64,000 nt of DNA from Carcharhinus longimanus. Its lineage: Eukaryota. Below, in pieces: positions 24,334 to 37,325 of the stretch. Below the pieces are notes generated by a model, which ran no database searches, was not told the DNA's origin, and was given only the letters and a program-made list of their open reading frames with translations. The stretch covers positions 28,540,805 through 28,604,804 of the forward strand of contig JASCQW010000109.1 in assembly GCA_030264375.1 (NCBI GenBank), in the 5' to 3' direction. The first letter of the stretch is position 1. Every line of letters starts with the position of its first letter. Position numbers and translations under genes: made by a program.

Positions 24334-25512
24334 TTGCCTGGTGATTGTCGAGCAATGTTCATTCATCCGTTGTCGTAGCGTCTGCATGGTCTCCCCAATG
24401 TACCATGCTTTGGGACATCCTTTCCTGCAGCGTATTAGGTAGACAACGTTGGCCAAGTTGCAAGAGTATGTGCCGTGTACCTGGTGGATGGTGTTCTCAC
24501 GTGAGATGATGGCAACCATGTCGATGAACAGGCATGTCTTGCAGAGGTTGCTGTGTCAGGGTTGTGTGGTGTTGTGGTCACTGATTTCCTGAAGGCTGAG
24601 TAGTTTGCTACGAACAAAGGTCTGTTTGAGGTTGTGCGGTTGTTTGAAGGCAAGAAATAGGGGTGTGGGGATGGCCCTGGCGAGATGTTCGTCTTCATGT
24701 GTTGAAGACTCTGGAGAAGATGTCATAGCTTCTCCGCTCCGGCGAAGTACTGGATGACGAAGGGTACTCTGTCCACTATGTCCCATGTTTGTCTTCTGAG
24801 GAGGTCGGTGCGGTTTTTCGCTGTGGCGCGTCGGAACTGTCGATCGATGAGTTGAGCGCCATATCCTGTTCTTATGAGGGCACCTTTCAGCGTCTGGTGG
24901 TGTCTGTCGCGATCCTCCTCATCTGAGCAGGTCCTGTGTATATGGAGGGCTTGTCCGTAGGGGATGGCTAACGTGTTTAGGGTGGAAGCTGGAGAAGTGG
25001 AGCATCGTGAGGCTATCTGTGGGCTTGCAGTACTGTGAGGTGCTGAGGTGACCGTCCTTGATGGAGATGCATGTGTCCAAGAATGCCACCGATTCCGGGG
25101 AATAGTCCATGGTGAGTCTGATGGTGGGATGGAACTTGTTGATGTCATCATATAGTTGTTTCAGTGATCGTTCACCATGACTCCAAAGGAAGAAAATGTC
25201 ATCGATGTATCTAGTGTATAACATCAGTTGAAGGTCCTGTGCAGTGAAGAAGTCTTGTTCGAGCCTGAGAATGAAGATGTTGACATATTGAGGTGCAAAT
25301 TTGGTCCCCATGGCTGTTCCATGTGTCTGGATGAAGAACTGGTTGTTGAAGATGAAGACGTTGTGGTCCAGGATGAAGCAGATGAATTATAAAATTGCAT
25401 CTGGAGTTGTTGATGTTGAATACTGAGGCAGTTGCAGCAATGTCATCATTGTGGAGGATGCTGGTGTAGAGTGCCAAGACATACATTGTGACGAGAAGTA
25501 CTCCTGGTTCAT
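24334..25512 (-). mobile_element. Penelope-like element, RT plus GIY-YIG endonuclease (frameshifted)
   Basis: GTAMGTKFAPQYVNIF, YTRYIDDIFFLW, YCKPTD (PLE RT). NVVYLIRCRKGCPKAWYIGETMQTLRQRMNEH (GIY-YIG). Confidence 0.92.
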
Positions 25513-26003
25513 CCAGACACACAGACACACAGATGACATTTTCTTCCTTTGGACTTATGGTGAACAATCACTGAAACAACTATATGATGACATCAACAAG
25601 TTACATCCCACCATCAGATTCATCATGGACTACTCTGCAGAATCGGCTGGATTCTTGGGCACACGCATCTTCATCAAGGACGGTCACCTCAGCACCTCAC
25701 TGTACCGCAAGCCCACAGATAGTCTCACAATGCTCCACTTCTCCAGCTTCCACCCTAAACACGTTAAAGAAGCCATCCTCTATGGACAAACCCTCTGTAT
25801 ATATAGGATCTGCTCAGATGAAGAGAATCGCAACAGACACCTCCAGACGCTAAAAGGGGCCCTCATTAGAACAGCATATGGCACTCGACTCATCGATCGA
25901 CAGTTCTGATGTGCCACAGCGAAATACCGCACCCACCTCCTCAGGAGACAAACACGAGACACAGCGGACAGAGTACACTTCGTCGTCTAGTACTTCCCAG
26001 AGC
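25506..26003 (+). mobile_element. Penelope RT segment, inverted relative to 24334-25512
   Basis: ORF 25451 DDIFFLW...YDDINKLHPTIRF...YRKPTDSLTMLHFSSFHPKHVK is highly similar to the minus-strand arm. Confidence 0.9.
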
Positions 26004-26005
26004 AG

Positions 26006-26490
26006 AGAACATAAGAACATAAGAAATAGGAGCAGGAGTAGGCCGTATAGCCCCTTGAGCCTGCCCCACCATTCAATAAGATCATTGGCTGATCTGATAG
26101 TGGTTCAGTTCCACTTACCCGCTTTCTCCCCATAACCCTTAATTCTCTTACTGGTCAAAAATCTATCTATCTGTGACTTAAACACATTTAACAAGGTAGC
26201 CTCCACTGCTTCAATGGGCAGAGAATCCCAAAGATTCACTACCCTCTGGGAGAAGAAGTTCCTCCTCAACTCAGTTCTAAATTGACTCCCCCTTATTTTG
26301 ATGCTGTGCCCTCTAGTTCTTGTTTCCTTTCTGAGTGGAAATAATCTCTCTGCTTCTCCTCTGTCTAGCCCCTTCATTATCTTATATGTCTCTGTAAGTT
26401 ATCCCCTCAGCCTTCCAAACTCCAACGAGTACAGGCCCAGTCTACTCAATCTCTCCTCATAAGCTAACCCCCTCATCTCCGGAATCAATA
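26006..26490 (-). mobile_element. CR1/HER1 LINE 3' end
   Basis: ORF 26105 KGLDRGEAERLFPL..TRTRGHSIK..ELRRNFFSQRVVNLWDSLP. gaacataagaacataag tail. Confidence 0.9.
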
Positions 26491-26548
26491 CCTGAAAGAA
26501 AATGGGAATTTGCTACAAAGGTTCAGTGTAGACGGATGAAAGTAATAT

Positions 26549-26850
26549 GGGCAGCACAGTGGCATGGTGGTTAGCACTGCTCTCTCACAGTGTCAGGGGT
26601 CCAGGTTTGATTTTTGGCTTAGATCACTATCTGTATGGAGTCTGCACATTCTTCCCATGTCTATATGTGTTTCCTCCGGGTGCTCTGCTTTCCTCTGACA
26701 GTACAAAAGATGTGCTGTTTGAGTGCATCGGCCATGTTAAATCCTCCTTCAGTGCACTGGAATGTGGTGAGTAGGGGAATTTTCATAGTAACTTCATTGC
26801 AGTGTTACTATAAGCCTAGTTGTCACACTAATAAATGAACTTTAAACTTA
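26549..26850 (+). mobile_element. HE1-head SINE variant with alternative tail
   Basis: gggcagcacagtggcatggtggttagc head. Tail gtaacttcattgcagtgtta...cactaataaa. Confidence 0.8.
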
Positions 26851-26929
26851 AACATGATAAGGCATAATTCTTAACAACTAGCTATCTCTATGGTTCCAAT
26901 GTAAGCAGTATATTCTTAGACATAAATTC

Positions 26930-27790
26930 CTCAGAATCAATTAGCATCAAAAACAGATATGCCCACATGGATGTTTTGTTTGCAACCTTTTAAACCCACG
27001 GGGCAGATACAGAAGCACACCTGTCTTCTGACTCTCATGCAGCAACCACAAGAGAAAGATATACTCCCAAACAGCTGAATCTCAGAGAAAGGTTTTTTTT
27101 TTAACAGAATCCAATCTCCAAATCCAAAGAGCTTGATTTCTCTAAGCCTAGCTCCAACCAGTCACCTGATTTTTCTGAAAAACAACCTAACCAAGTTCTA
27201 CTCTGCTAAACCCCAGGGGAAAACACAAAAGCAACAGAGTAGCATTAGTCCAGATTAAAACAAACATTCAAACAATTAGGACCAGAAAAGTCCATGTTCA
27301 TTTTCTGCCTGGCTCACCAGTGGGCGGCACTGTGGCACAATGGTTAGCATTGTTGCCTCACAGCACCAGAGACCTGAGTTCAATTCCTGGCTTGGGTCAG
27401 TGACTATGTGGAATTTGCATGTTCTCCCCATGTCTGCTTGGGTTTCTTCCAGGTGCTCTGGTTCCCTTTTGCTGTCCGAAGATATGCAGGTTAAGTGCGC
27501 TGGCCGTGCTAAAATGTCCCTTAGTGCCCCAGGATGTGTAGGTTAGAGGGATTAGTGTGGTTTTATGAGGATAGGCCCTGGGTGGGATTGTTGTCAGTGT
27601 AGACTTGATGGGCCGAATGGCCTCCTTCTATACTGTAGGGATTCTATGATGATCAATTATGCTGCTGCAGTAACAGCAGAGGCTGTCAGTTACAGACTCA
27701 ATGGCATCAGTGTTAGAAAAGATTGTTTTTAAAAAATCCTATACAGAAACATGACCCGAATACATTTCTTAAAGGCACAGTATCATTACA
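26930..27790 (-). mobile_element. Possible solo-LTR fragment, interrupted by a SINE
   Basis: Minus strand begins TGtaatgatactgtgcctttaagaaatg, an LTR-like start. No second LTR or TSD confirmed. Confidence 0.3.
27322..27651 (+). mobile_element. HE1-like V-SINE, full length
   Basis: gggcggcactgtggcacaatggttagc head, V-core, gggattctatga tail. Confidence 0.9.
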
Positions 27791-28084
27791 ACAGCCTTCC
27801 TAAAATTTGTACTTCGAGTTAGTCACAATACTCACAAAGCCTAATCAGAGTTCTACAAAGATTTATCATAACTTCCTTTCTATTTTACTCTATATGTCAA
27901 TTTATAAAGGTAAGGATTGAATGTGTGTTTCCAAAGCATTCATAATTGCCCCAACAACTTCAATATTTGCTTACATAAATGCAAGCTGTAGCAGTTTCAG
28001 CACTCCTTTAAAATTGCACTCTCTAGCTTCAATTGGTTATTTTAATTCTTCCTACCAAATTCTTCTCAATGTTAAATCACATTT

Positions 28085-28655
28085 GCCACGAGAATAGTAT
28101 GTTGTAGGATCTAAGCTAGAAAATGGGTACATTTCTGGTTCCACATTCTCAGAAGGATATGATCCTGCTGGAGGGAGTGCAGAGGAGATTCATCAGGGTG
28201 CTGCCTGGGATGGAACATTTAAATTATGAAGAGAGGTTGAATAGGCATGGGTTGTTTTCATTGGAGAGAGGAGACTGAGGGGTGAGGTGTACAAGATTAT
28301 GACTGGCATGGGTAGCGAATAGGGATCTGCTGTTCCCCGTAGTTGAAGGGTTAGTCATGAGGGGACATAGATTCAAGGCGTTGAGTCAAGGTAAGATGTT
28401 TAGGAGGGGATGTGAGGAAAAACTTCTTTACCCAGAGAGTGGTGATGGTCTGGAATGCGCTGCCTGGGAGGGTGGTAGAGGCTGATTGTTTTGCATCCTT
28501 TAAAAAGTACCAGAATGGGCCATTGGCACATTATAACATTCAGGGCTATGGATCAATTGCAGGCAGATAGGATTGAATAGGAGTTCAGGTGTTTCCCTCG
28601 TGTCGGTGCAGACTCGATGGGCCGAAAGGTGTCTTCTACACTGTATGATACTATG
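28085..28655 (+). mobile_element. CR1/HER1 LINE 3' fragment
   Basis: ttctggttccac..., tggagggagtgcagaggagattc, agagtggtgatggtctggaatgcgctgcc. Tail tgggccgaa...ctatg. Confidence 0.85.
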
Positions 28656-28964
28656 GGTATTTTATACTGAGGAGCTACAAATAAAGATTGTTCAATAATG
28701 ATTGCCTGCAGCTAAATACGTGTTAGTCTTATTCGGTCTCATTCTGTTGCGTGTCACACGTGCTCAGCTGCAGATAGTCACTACTGAACTCACTTTATTT
28801 ACACCTCCAGTGAGGGGGATAATGGTTAAATCTTAATATGTACTCGCTAATAAGAGTCCATTTTGTGTCCTCCTGAAATCGGGTACTATTGTCCTTGGCA
28901 TTTCCTACATTTGTGAGATCCAACGTTCGAAGTTATTCCCTCTAATCGCAAGTCAAGTTCATTA

Positions 28965-29570
28965 ATATATATCGGAAAGGTGAAGAAGTCTGGAGGCTGT
29001 ACGCGCATAATGGAAAGATGAGCTGCTGTTTTCCGAGCTTGCACTGAGCTTCGTTGGAACAGGGAAGGAGGCCAAGGATAAAGGGGGAAGAGTGGGAGTG
29101 GGATGGTGAATTAAAGTGTCAAGTAACGAGAAGACAAGGGCCACGTTTGCAGGCTTGAATGGAGTGTGTTGAACAAAGCAATCTGCTGGTCCGAATCAGG
29201 TCATCTCGATAAAGGGACTGCGGCTGGAATTTTCCGGTCTCTCCCGCATTGAAAATTTTCCACTCCCGTCAAAAGCACCCTCTCGCAGTGGGTTCCCCAG
29301 CCTACAGATTTTGGCAGGGACTGGGAAATTGGCTGATGGCCCCACCGCACCCACCACGGAACATCACCCCCCCCCACCCCCCCCATCACCCCGCCCCGAC
29401 TGGTGTGGGAGGGGGTGGATGGAATATCCCAGCCTGCATGTGTGAGGAGTAATATACCATAGACTGAACTGAAAAGGAAGTACAATGAGTTGCTGTTTCT
29501 CTGAGGGGGCACGTTTGGGGCATGGGTGGTGAAAGTTGAAAGGGAAGGTGTTGTATACCCCTCAGGAAAC
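28965..29570 (-). mobile_element. Decayed Penelope GIY-YIG 3' fragment, interrupted by a MITE
   Basis: Minus strand HFNSPSHSH...ILGLLPCSNEAQCKLGKQQLIF resembles the PLE C-terminus. Upstream part resumes beyond 29437. Confidence 0.65.
29222..29434. mobile_element. MITE with 14-bp imperfect TIRs and apparent 3-bp TSD
   Basis: ggctggaattttcc ... ggaatatcccagcc. tgc on both sides (29219-29221, 29435-29437). Confidence 0.7.
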
Positions 29571-30280
29571 TTGCTACACCTACTGTGGCAATCAGTCTGA
29601 GGGCAGCTGAAGCATCGCTGATGGCACTGGCAGACTTAATGAAAGTAAGAAGTTGTCAGACTTCTTACTGTGTTTACCCCAGTCCAACGCCGGCATCTCC
29701 GCATCAAGATTCCTTGACACATTCATTTCCAGTTAATGTTGATCTGAAAATTAGGTTGGGGTTTGTGCAGGGAAGTTAAGGATGTATCCAAGGAGGTAGA
29801 AAAGGACATGGACAATGAGCTAGATAAGATAAACAAGCGTGCAATGGAAAGAAAATTTGACAAAGATGTAAGTGTGAAGTATTCTACATGAGAAGGAAAT
29901 GGCAACAAGGATGGCATTGAAATAAGATTGAGACAAAAGGAAATCCTCAAGATATATAGACTTAGGATACTTTAAGTACTTTTCACTTTGAAGCAGCAAA
30001 TATAACCCTGGAATACTGTATAATAAAGCAGGATAGTTAAAAAAAAATCATGCTTTAATGCCACAGTTCTCTGGACATTCCTCACCTTGAGTACTCTGGT
30101 TACTTTAGCTCACTAAGAAACAAAGATAATTTTAAACACTGGAGATAAAGTGAAGAGTCATGGATTGCAGGACTGAGTTATGAAAAAAAGTTGAAGATCT
30201 TCAGCTTTTTAAACTCGGAAGAGAGGTGATAGAGAGACCATCTCTTTAAAGTACATCTGGTAGCAAGCCTACCAAATTAA

Positions 30281-30600
30281 GGCAGGCAGTGGTACTGTCA
30301 CTTGACTAGTAATCCAGAGAACCAGGGTAATGCTCTGGGGACCCGGCTTCGAATCCCACCATGGCAGATGTTGCAACTGAATTCAATAAAAATCTGGAAT
30401 TAAAAGTTTAATGATGACCATGATCCATCTCGTTCATCAATGTCCTTGAGGTAAGGAAATCTGTCATCCTTACATGGTCTGGCCTACATGTGACTCCAGA
30501 CCCACAGCAATGTGGTTGATTCTGAAATCCCTTGCGGATGGGCATTAAGTGGTGGCCCAGCCAGCGATGCCCAAATCCCATAAATGGATTTTTAAAAATA
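30281..30600 (+). mobile_element. tRNA-headed SINE family B, inserted in an old CR1 remnant (~29990-30850)
   Basis: A-box-like gtggtactgtcac and B-box ttcgaatccc, A-rich end. Flanks carry decayed CR1 3' motifs. Confidence 0.75.
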
Positions 30601-31334
30601 AATACATGACTAATGTGGGATAGGCTTGGTCATGTGTTTATTTTTATAAATCTAGTGCAAGTTAGGAAGTTACTGCTAACACAAAGAGTCACTAAGATGT
30701 GGAATGGATTTCCAAGTAGTTTGGTGAGAACAACAGTCCTGGACTGTTAATAAAATGTTGGAAACTGGGGTTGAGGGACTCTAGGCTCCTCTGCATATAT
30801 GAGGTAGAATGGATCAGATGGTCTTTTCCATTGTATCGATCTTGTGAACAGATCCAGGTGCACTAGCCGGTGTAACAATGTGTCACACAGTTCAGGTGGG
30901 CTCCTAGCTGAATTTACAGTCTGTGCACTGATTCAGTGGTTGTATTGCAATTAGTCTCTGTGCTGGAAAAGGGAAGAATCACTCAGTGTTCCCACCCCTG
31001 AATGCCATGACTGCTGCTCGAAAGTATGTTTGTGTGAAATGTAGGTGAGGCCGGGATTGAGTCTGGCTGGGATTTCCTCCTACACTCACTGCTTACACTC
31101 CCACTGAAAGAATTTCACCCGGATGACTTACTGTCTAGTAAATAATCAGGATGTCACTTATCAGGCTGCAACATGTTAACAGCAATGATTGCCATACACT
31201 AATACAAAAATTTCAATTTAACATCTTTCACTGCTTTTTTTTTGACAGAAAAATTTTATTTAAAGGTCAATTCACCACATACTAATGTTATTTAAGACTG
31301 TCCCTCAAAATGAATATTTAACTTGGCCATCACC

Positions 31335-31650
31335 GGGCGGCACAGTGGCACAAGTGGTTAGCACTGCTTCCTCACAGCACCAGGGACCAAGGTTTAATTC
31401 CCAGCTTGGGTTGCTGTCTGTGTGGAGTTGCACGTTCTCCCCTTGTCTATGTGGATTTTCTCCCGGTGCTCCAGTTTCCTCCCACAGTTCAAAGGTGTAC
31501 AGGTTAGATGGATTGGCCATGGTAAATTGCCCCTTAGTGTCAGGGGAACTAACTAGGGTAAATGCATGGGATTATGGGGAGAGGGCCTGGGTGGGATCAT
31601 GGTCAGTGCAGACTTGATGGGCCAAATGGCCTCCTTCTCACTGTAGGATT
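31335..31650 (+). mobile_element. HE1-like V-SINE, full length
   Basis: gggcggcacagtggcacaagtggttagc head, V-core, LINE tail. Confidence 0.9.
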
Positions 31651-32144
31651 TTATATTCTGTTTTTTTTTTAAAGAGGTGAAATTCATGGCTGTTTTAAAT
31701 TGAGTGGTAAACCACAAATCCATGACCAAAAGGGGCACAATAATCAACCTTAAATCTAATTTCTTATCCTGATCAAAATTTTAAAGAAGTATTAAAGTCG
31801 GAGTATGATCCAGCATTTAAACTACACTTAGCCCATTATACAGTGTAGGCCTAAGAATGTATGATACTCGTGAATCTAGTGTTTCTATATGATGTTGGAA
31901 TACCGCATTATTATTGTCAAGTTGCATATTTTGCACAGGTAAGGAATTAAACAAGCTCCTCGTGTTTTTGTGACAGAGGCATTTTCTGGAATGTTCCATA
32001 TGTGTTACCAATGTTGATTTCTGCATTTTACCCTCTGGGTTTTGGCACTTGATAGTCCAGAGTCACAAGTTCATGCATTCCTCAAATCTTGTCTGTTCTC
32101 CAACATCCTTGCATCTTAACAGTAACTGATGTGGTGTATTTATA

Positions 32145-32680
32145 GCATAGAAACATGCCATCTGACCCAATAGATCCATACTGGTGTGACTGCTCCACAT
32201 GAACCTCCTCTCAACTTTCTTCATCTAAGCCCATCAATATATCCTTCTATTCCTTTCTCCCTGGTATGTTTATCTCACTTCTCCATAACTGCATCTCAAC
32301 TTGTAGCCTGTATTGCTTCTCATTGTAGTGACTTTCCCATTCTAACCATTGTCTCAGCAAAGTTACTTCTCCATTCCCTATTGGATTTATTAGGGAATAG
32401 TTTGCCTTATTTGGCCCCTAGTCCTGGCCTCACCCAAAAGTAGACATATTTTTCCTACGTTTGCCCAATCAAACCATTCCATAATCTTAAAGACCTCCAT
32501 CAAAACACCCTTTAACGTTTACTTTTGGCGAGAAAGGACTTCAGCTTGTTCAAGCTTTCTTCAAATGTAAACCTCTCAGTTTTGATATCGTTCTAGTAAA
32601 TCATATTTAACGCCTTCTCCATTCTCTCCATCTCCCTTTTGCAACCTGGAAGCCAGAACTGTTTGTTATACTCAAACAAC
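32145..32680 (-). mobile_element. Old CR1 LINE 3' fragment
   Basis: catagaaac tail and ataatcttaaagacctccatcaa, typical of the CR1 3' region on the minus strand. Confidence 0.55.
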
Positions 32681-32794
32681 ATTAACCACACAGGAAGTTC
32701 CCATTGCAAGTTGCTTCATTCAGCATTATGCTACTTTAGCATTGTGGATATACTGTTATCGACAGGGGACAGAGGCAAACTGAACTCCATTATT

Positions 32795-33780
32795 TTCTTG
32801 GGATTGGGGGGGGTGGGGGGAGGCGCGGTTCCCCCAACCTGCTGCACTGCTCCAACAGCAGAGCAGGCCAGGAGATTTAAGCGGAGGCCATATAGCGGGC
32901 TTCCTGCTGGGCGCCACGGCCTCCACATGTCTCCATTCGCCAGATTTCCGATGTCATCAACTCCATGTCCGAGATCGGCGCGGAGCTGAATAAATTCTTT
33001 AAATGGGGATTTACATGTATTTAGCAGGATGAAATCTCTGGGTCAGCTAGCCTCTCTGCACCCCCCTCCCCCCACCCCCTCCCACTAGGAGTGTTTCAAC
33101 TTGAGAGGGGTTTACAATGGCTCCCACTAGTAAGGNNNNNNNNNNNNNNNNNNNNNNNNNNNNNNNNNNNNNNNNNNNNNNNNNNNNNNNNNNNNNNNNN
33201 NNNNNNNNNNNNNNNNNNNNNNNNNNNNNNNNNNNNNNNNNNNNNNNNNNNNNNNNNNNNNNNNNNNNNNNNNNNNNNNNNNNNNNNNNNNNNNNNNNNN
33301 NNNNNNNNNNNNNNNNNNNNNNNNNNNNNNNNNNNNNNNNNNNNNNNNNNNNNNNNNNNNNNNNNNNNNNNNNNNNNNNNNNNNNNNNNNNNNNNNNNNN
33401 NNNNNNNNNNNNNNNNNNNNNNNNNNNNNNNNNNNNNNNNNNNNNNNNNNNNNNNNNNNNNNNNNNNNNNNNNNNNNNNNNNNNNNNNNNNNNNNNNNNN
33501 NNNNNNNNNNNNNNNNNNNNNNNNNNNNNNNNNNNNNNNNNNNGGGACAGCACTGTGGGGGTCGAGAGGCCAGCAATGTCGGGCAACTGCACATGTGCCT
33601 ATCTTGGCACCGACAGATTAGCGCATGTGTAGTTGCCCACTCAGCACTCTACTGCCAGCCTCTCCAGCGGGAATAAGCTCACTCCTAGATTATTAGTGTG
33701 AATCTCCCTGAGGCACTCTGCACTGCATAGAGTCTGAGAGATTCATTTTGAAAATCCCGCTGGAAAAAATACGGATCCAT
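32795..33780. mobile_element. Second copy of the GC-rich element at 100-1133 (gap inside)
   Basis: atcttggcac.gacagatt.gcgcatg...ccactcagc...tgccagcc and ttcattttgaaa..cc.ctg.aaaaaa are shared with 860-1070. Confidence 0.65.
33136..33543. other. Assembly gap (one of many: large gaps here and at 47292-47704, plus ~100-N and 10-N gaps)
   Basis: Runs of N. Confidence 1.
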
Positions 33781-34731
33781 CTGTACATAATTATTAAGCC
33801 TATAATTCTCCATGATTGTTGACTGGAACTGTTTAGTCCTGGACCATTACCATAAAATTGAAAGTCCTCTTCTACTTTGCTCTAGTGGGACCATGATGGA
33901 CAGCCATGTCCTTTGAATGGGAATCAATAGAGATGCAGTATGACACTGAATGTTGACTCTTCACTAACTACAGGTTAAAGCTTCTCTAATTTGACTCTGC
34001 AGAGTGACAGTTTATAGATCAGCAAGCTTCAGTGACCAGCATCAGCATACTAATTTATACATGCATTCATTCAATTTTTTTGCACACTTTGGCTTTCTTA
34101 CCAAGCTATACCTAGATTAAACAACTTTTAAAAGGTCCTCTCTTCCATTGATCAGCTTTGGTGTTCAGTACAAACAGAAGCAGCATCTCTATGATAACAC
34201 ACTAGGGAAATACAATTCCATCCATCCAATTTTTGGGTGAAAATCTAACACTGGGGGTCCAATGGTGAAATTTGTCAGAACGGGCGCTGGCTGTCAAATT
34301 GGAAGCCAGCTAATTTCCAATGTCCAGGATGGTTTGTCTGGAACAAGGATTTGCCACCTTAAACAGGCCTATGCTACTGCTATTTAAGCCCCTGCTCGAA
34401 ATTTGACATAAACTAGGAGCAGCATGTGTCATGCACAGTTTTTATTAGCAGCAGCCTCAGTAAAAACTCCTAAACGGAGCTGCTGCAGATTACTGACAAA
34501 AAAATGCTGTAACCTTTCCGTGCAATGTTAATGTGAAGGCAGAAAGTTCAGGAACACCCCTCGTTCCTGATACCTCCTCAATACTGTGAACAGCTGTGTA
34601 TAGATGCACTTCCACAGACTTCATTAGTGAATACAAAAGGTTATTTTATTAATAAGAATTGTACAGCAGCCTCGTGGCTGTAAAATGTCTCTGCCTAGGA
34701 GCCCCTCTCACCATGGGGCGATTCCAAACTC

Positions 34732-34853
34732 TGGCTAGAATTTTACCGACACGTCTGCTTCAATTCCAGGGCCAGTGAAGCTTGCAGAATGGCACTGTCC
34801 ATTCTCAGGCAGGAACTTACGAGCCTCAGGCAGGCAAGATGGTAAAAGTCCCG
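34732..34853. mobile_element. Short MITE, same subfamily as 45896-46002
   Basis: ggctagaattttacc...gcttgcaga.tggca...ttacgagcctc...gtaaaagtcc is shared. Confidence 0.65.
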
Positions 34854-35791
34854 TATCTGAATCACGATTGGTCACCCAGGTCAGGTGGCGCTTACTCTGC
34901 TGTGTTGCCCTTAAAGGGATGATCAACACACGATGCTAGTCTATGGTCACCTTGCGTTCAGGGTTTGTCTCCTCCCAGCTTGCCCCCCCCCCCCCCAACG
35001 GGNNNNNNNNNNNNNNNNNNNNNNNNNNNNNNNNNNNNNNNNNNNNNNNNNNNNNNNNNNNNNNNNNNNNNNNNNNNNNNNNNNNNNNNNNNNNNNNNNN
35101 NNCAACAGGACCTGTGGGGCAGCACACTATGGTGCTGATCTTTTGATTGCAAGATGCCCAACAGGTGTCTGCTGCTTCCTGGGTATTATGTAGATCAGAT
35201 TGAGGTCAAATTTCCAGTAAGCATCATGCCTCAGGCTTCATCTTCAAGTATTTCAGCTACAATACCTGTACTATGCCAGAAGTTGCAGTACTACATCAAT
35301 TTCATGACCACAGTTGCTTTGCTGAATGTCTGCAAAGGTATAAAAACTTGATGAAATTGTCTCGCCCACTGAAGGAGAAGAAAAGGAATCTTGTTGGAGA
35401 ATATTTTTGTGGAATAGGAAGATGTGAATCTCTTTTTTTTTGCTGGTTCAAATGTTAATTGAGAGCACTTATAAACACTCAGGGGCTGCCATGGTGAAAA
35501 TTAACAATCTAAATTAGTTGGCTGCGTTTTATGGCAACTCATGGGAAAGCGTCTATCAATACATGGAACTATTGCTACTGCGAGTGATTGTGCTGCTGTG
35601 CTATAAAACATGGCACAGCGGGGGCAAGATTGAACAATGCAGGGTTGTAAAACAACGGGAAGGGATTATTATATGGGGTGTACAATAAATGGCCAATCCA
35701 TTATCACCAAAACTGAAGTTCATCCCTAAGGATTTTTTAAAAAATAATCTGGCTTCTTTTGTGAGTTGAGGTTCTCCAGTTAACCTTAAAC

Positions 35792-35856
35792 TGGTCAGCG
35801 CAACATTGAGGGCCAAAGGGCCTGTACTGCACTGTAATGTTCTATGTTCTATGTTA
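35792..35856 (+). mobile_element. CR1/HER1 3' tail with (gttctat)n
   Basis: gggccaaagggcctgtactgc...tgttctatgttctatgtt. Confidence 0.7.
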
Positions 35857-37104
35857 TAACAGCACAATGTTGTCATTCCATGCATAATGCATCACCAGCA
35901 ATAAAAACCATAATGTTCTTCTGATATTTAAAAACAATTAATGATTGAGGCTGTATTTCTTTACAACATGTTGGCACGTGGTTGAATGCACATTGTAGGA
36001 TACTGTATTACCATGTGGTAAATTAAATATTCATAAACCTTCCAAAGAGTTCCCCTTTGCATTCTTTCTGACAGAGTAATAACAGTATCAATGAAATAGC
36101 AAATCATCTATAATCCATCCATAAATATTTCTATTGATATTCCATCATGTGCATGTTCTTCTTATTACTCTTCCCTTACAGAATTTTATTTTTCATGTTT
36201 ATGTTGATGCCAAACATCAATTGGAAGACTGGTTATGTAATTTATTACCAGTCATCTGTCTGTTAATTATTGAGAACAATATGGGAGAAAGATCACTCAA
36301 ATTACCTTTTGATTTTTCATTTTGCTCCACTGACTCTTCATGTCTGCCCAGGTACCACCAGGAGGAGTACACTCCAACCCTTTCATGAAGAAATTTCAAG
36401 ATCTTTTCACTTTTTTCAGGTAATCTCATCTCTCTATTGTGAACTTTGTTACTCAGCACTGCCCACACTACTTCCATTGCTGTGCAGGAGATGGAATGGG
36501 GAGACTGGAGTGGCAACACCCATTATGTGGACTGTAATAATTCTTTGGAGGCAGAAGTCCCTTCACCAAAATCCCTTTATTTGCAACTCTAACAGCAATA
36601 CACAAAGTGCAATCTGCCTCTGGAGGTAGCAGAGGAACTGATACTCTGCTTAAGTACAAAGCAAAGACTCCCTGATTGGCCCATCAATTGGATCCTTAAT
36701 AAGGGAGTTCTTTCCCCAATAGGTCAGCCTCAATGGCCTGATTGAAGTCATTGCACAGGCATAAATTACATACCTAATACTCATTCTAAGCGACCAATGG
36801 TCTATGCTGCAAGGATGCTTAAAAATTATCCAACACAAAATTGGATCAGACAATTTTTCAGATATCTCCTGTGGCTGTGTAAGACAAGAATTTGCTCCCT
36901 TACCTATGTTACACCTGTTTCTGAGCAGCAATAAGTGGGGCAGATACTGAATTGTGGAACTGTAGAATAGTTACAGCACATTCAGCCTGTCAAGTCTGTA
37001 CCAGCTCATTGCAAGAACAACTCAGCTGGTCCATTTTCCTGCTTTGTTTTCCCATTGCCATAATAGTGATTGCACTGCCCAAGGACAGCAGGAGGAGACA
37101 CAGA

Positions 37105-37325
37105 GACCAGGCACCTGTGCCCCGTGGATGACAGATGCAGCCTTTGAGGATTACTTGGAGGTGGTAGCTTAGAGGCAAAATGACATTTTTGCCAAAGAGT
37201 GAGAGGAGAAGGCCACCCAGACAAACTAAGTGAGCCTGGCTGTGGCGGTGCCTGAAAATGCCAATAGACATCGTGTTGCCCAGAGGATCTGGGTGCAGTG
37301 TCGCAAGAGGCTTGATGACTTTCTT
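37105..37325 (+). pseudogene. Myb/SANT-like (trihelix) DNA-binding ORF remnant, typical of the Harbinger second ORF
   Basis: PWMTDAAFEDYLEVVA*RQNDIF ... RIWVQCRKRLDD resembles APRFxDxxLExLLxxVxxRxxxLF...RxWxQCRKKxNDL. Confidence 0.6.

Noticed and set aside
31335-31410. tRNA genes
   Set aside because: The A/B boxes belong to SINE heads and continue into SINE cores. No full cloverleaf.
33047-33632. Long ORFs of 150-180 aa (also 47165-47771 and 5267-5771)
   Set aside because: Open only because they run through N gaps.
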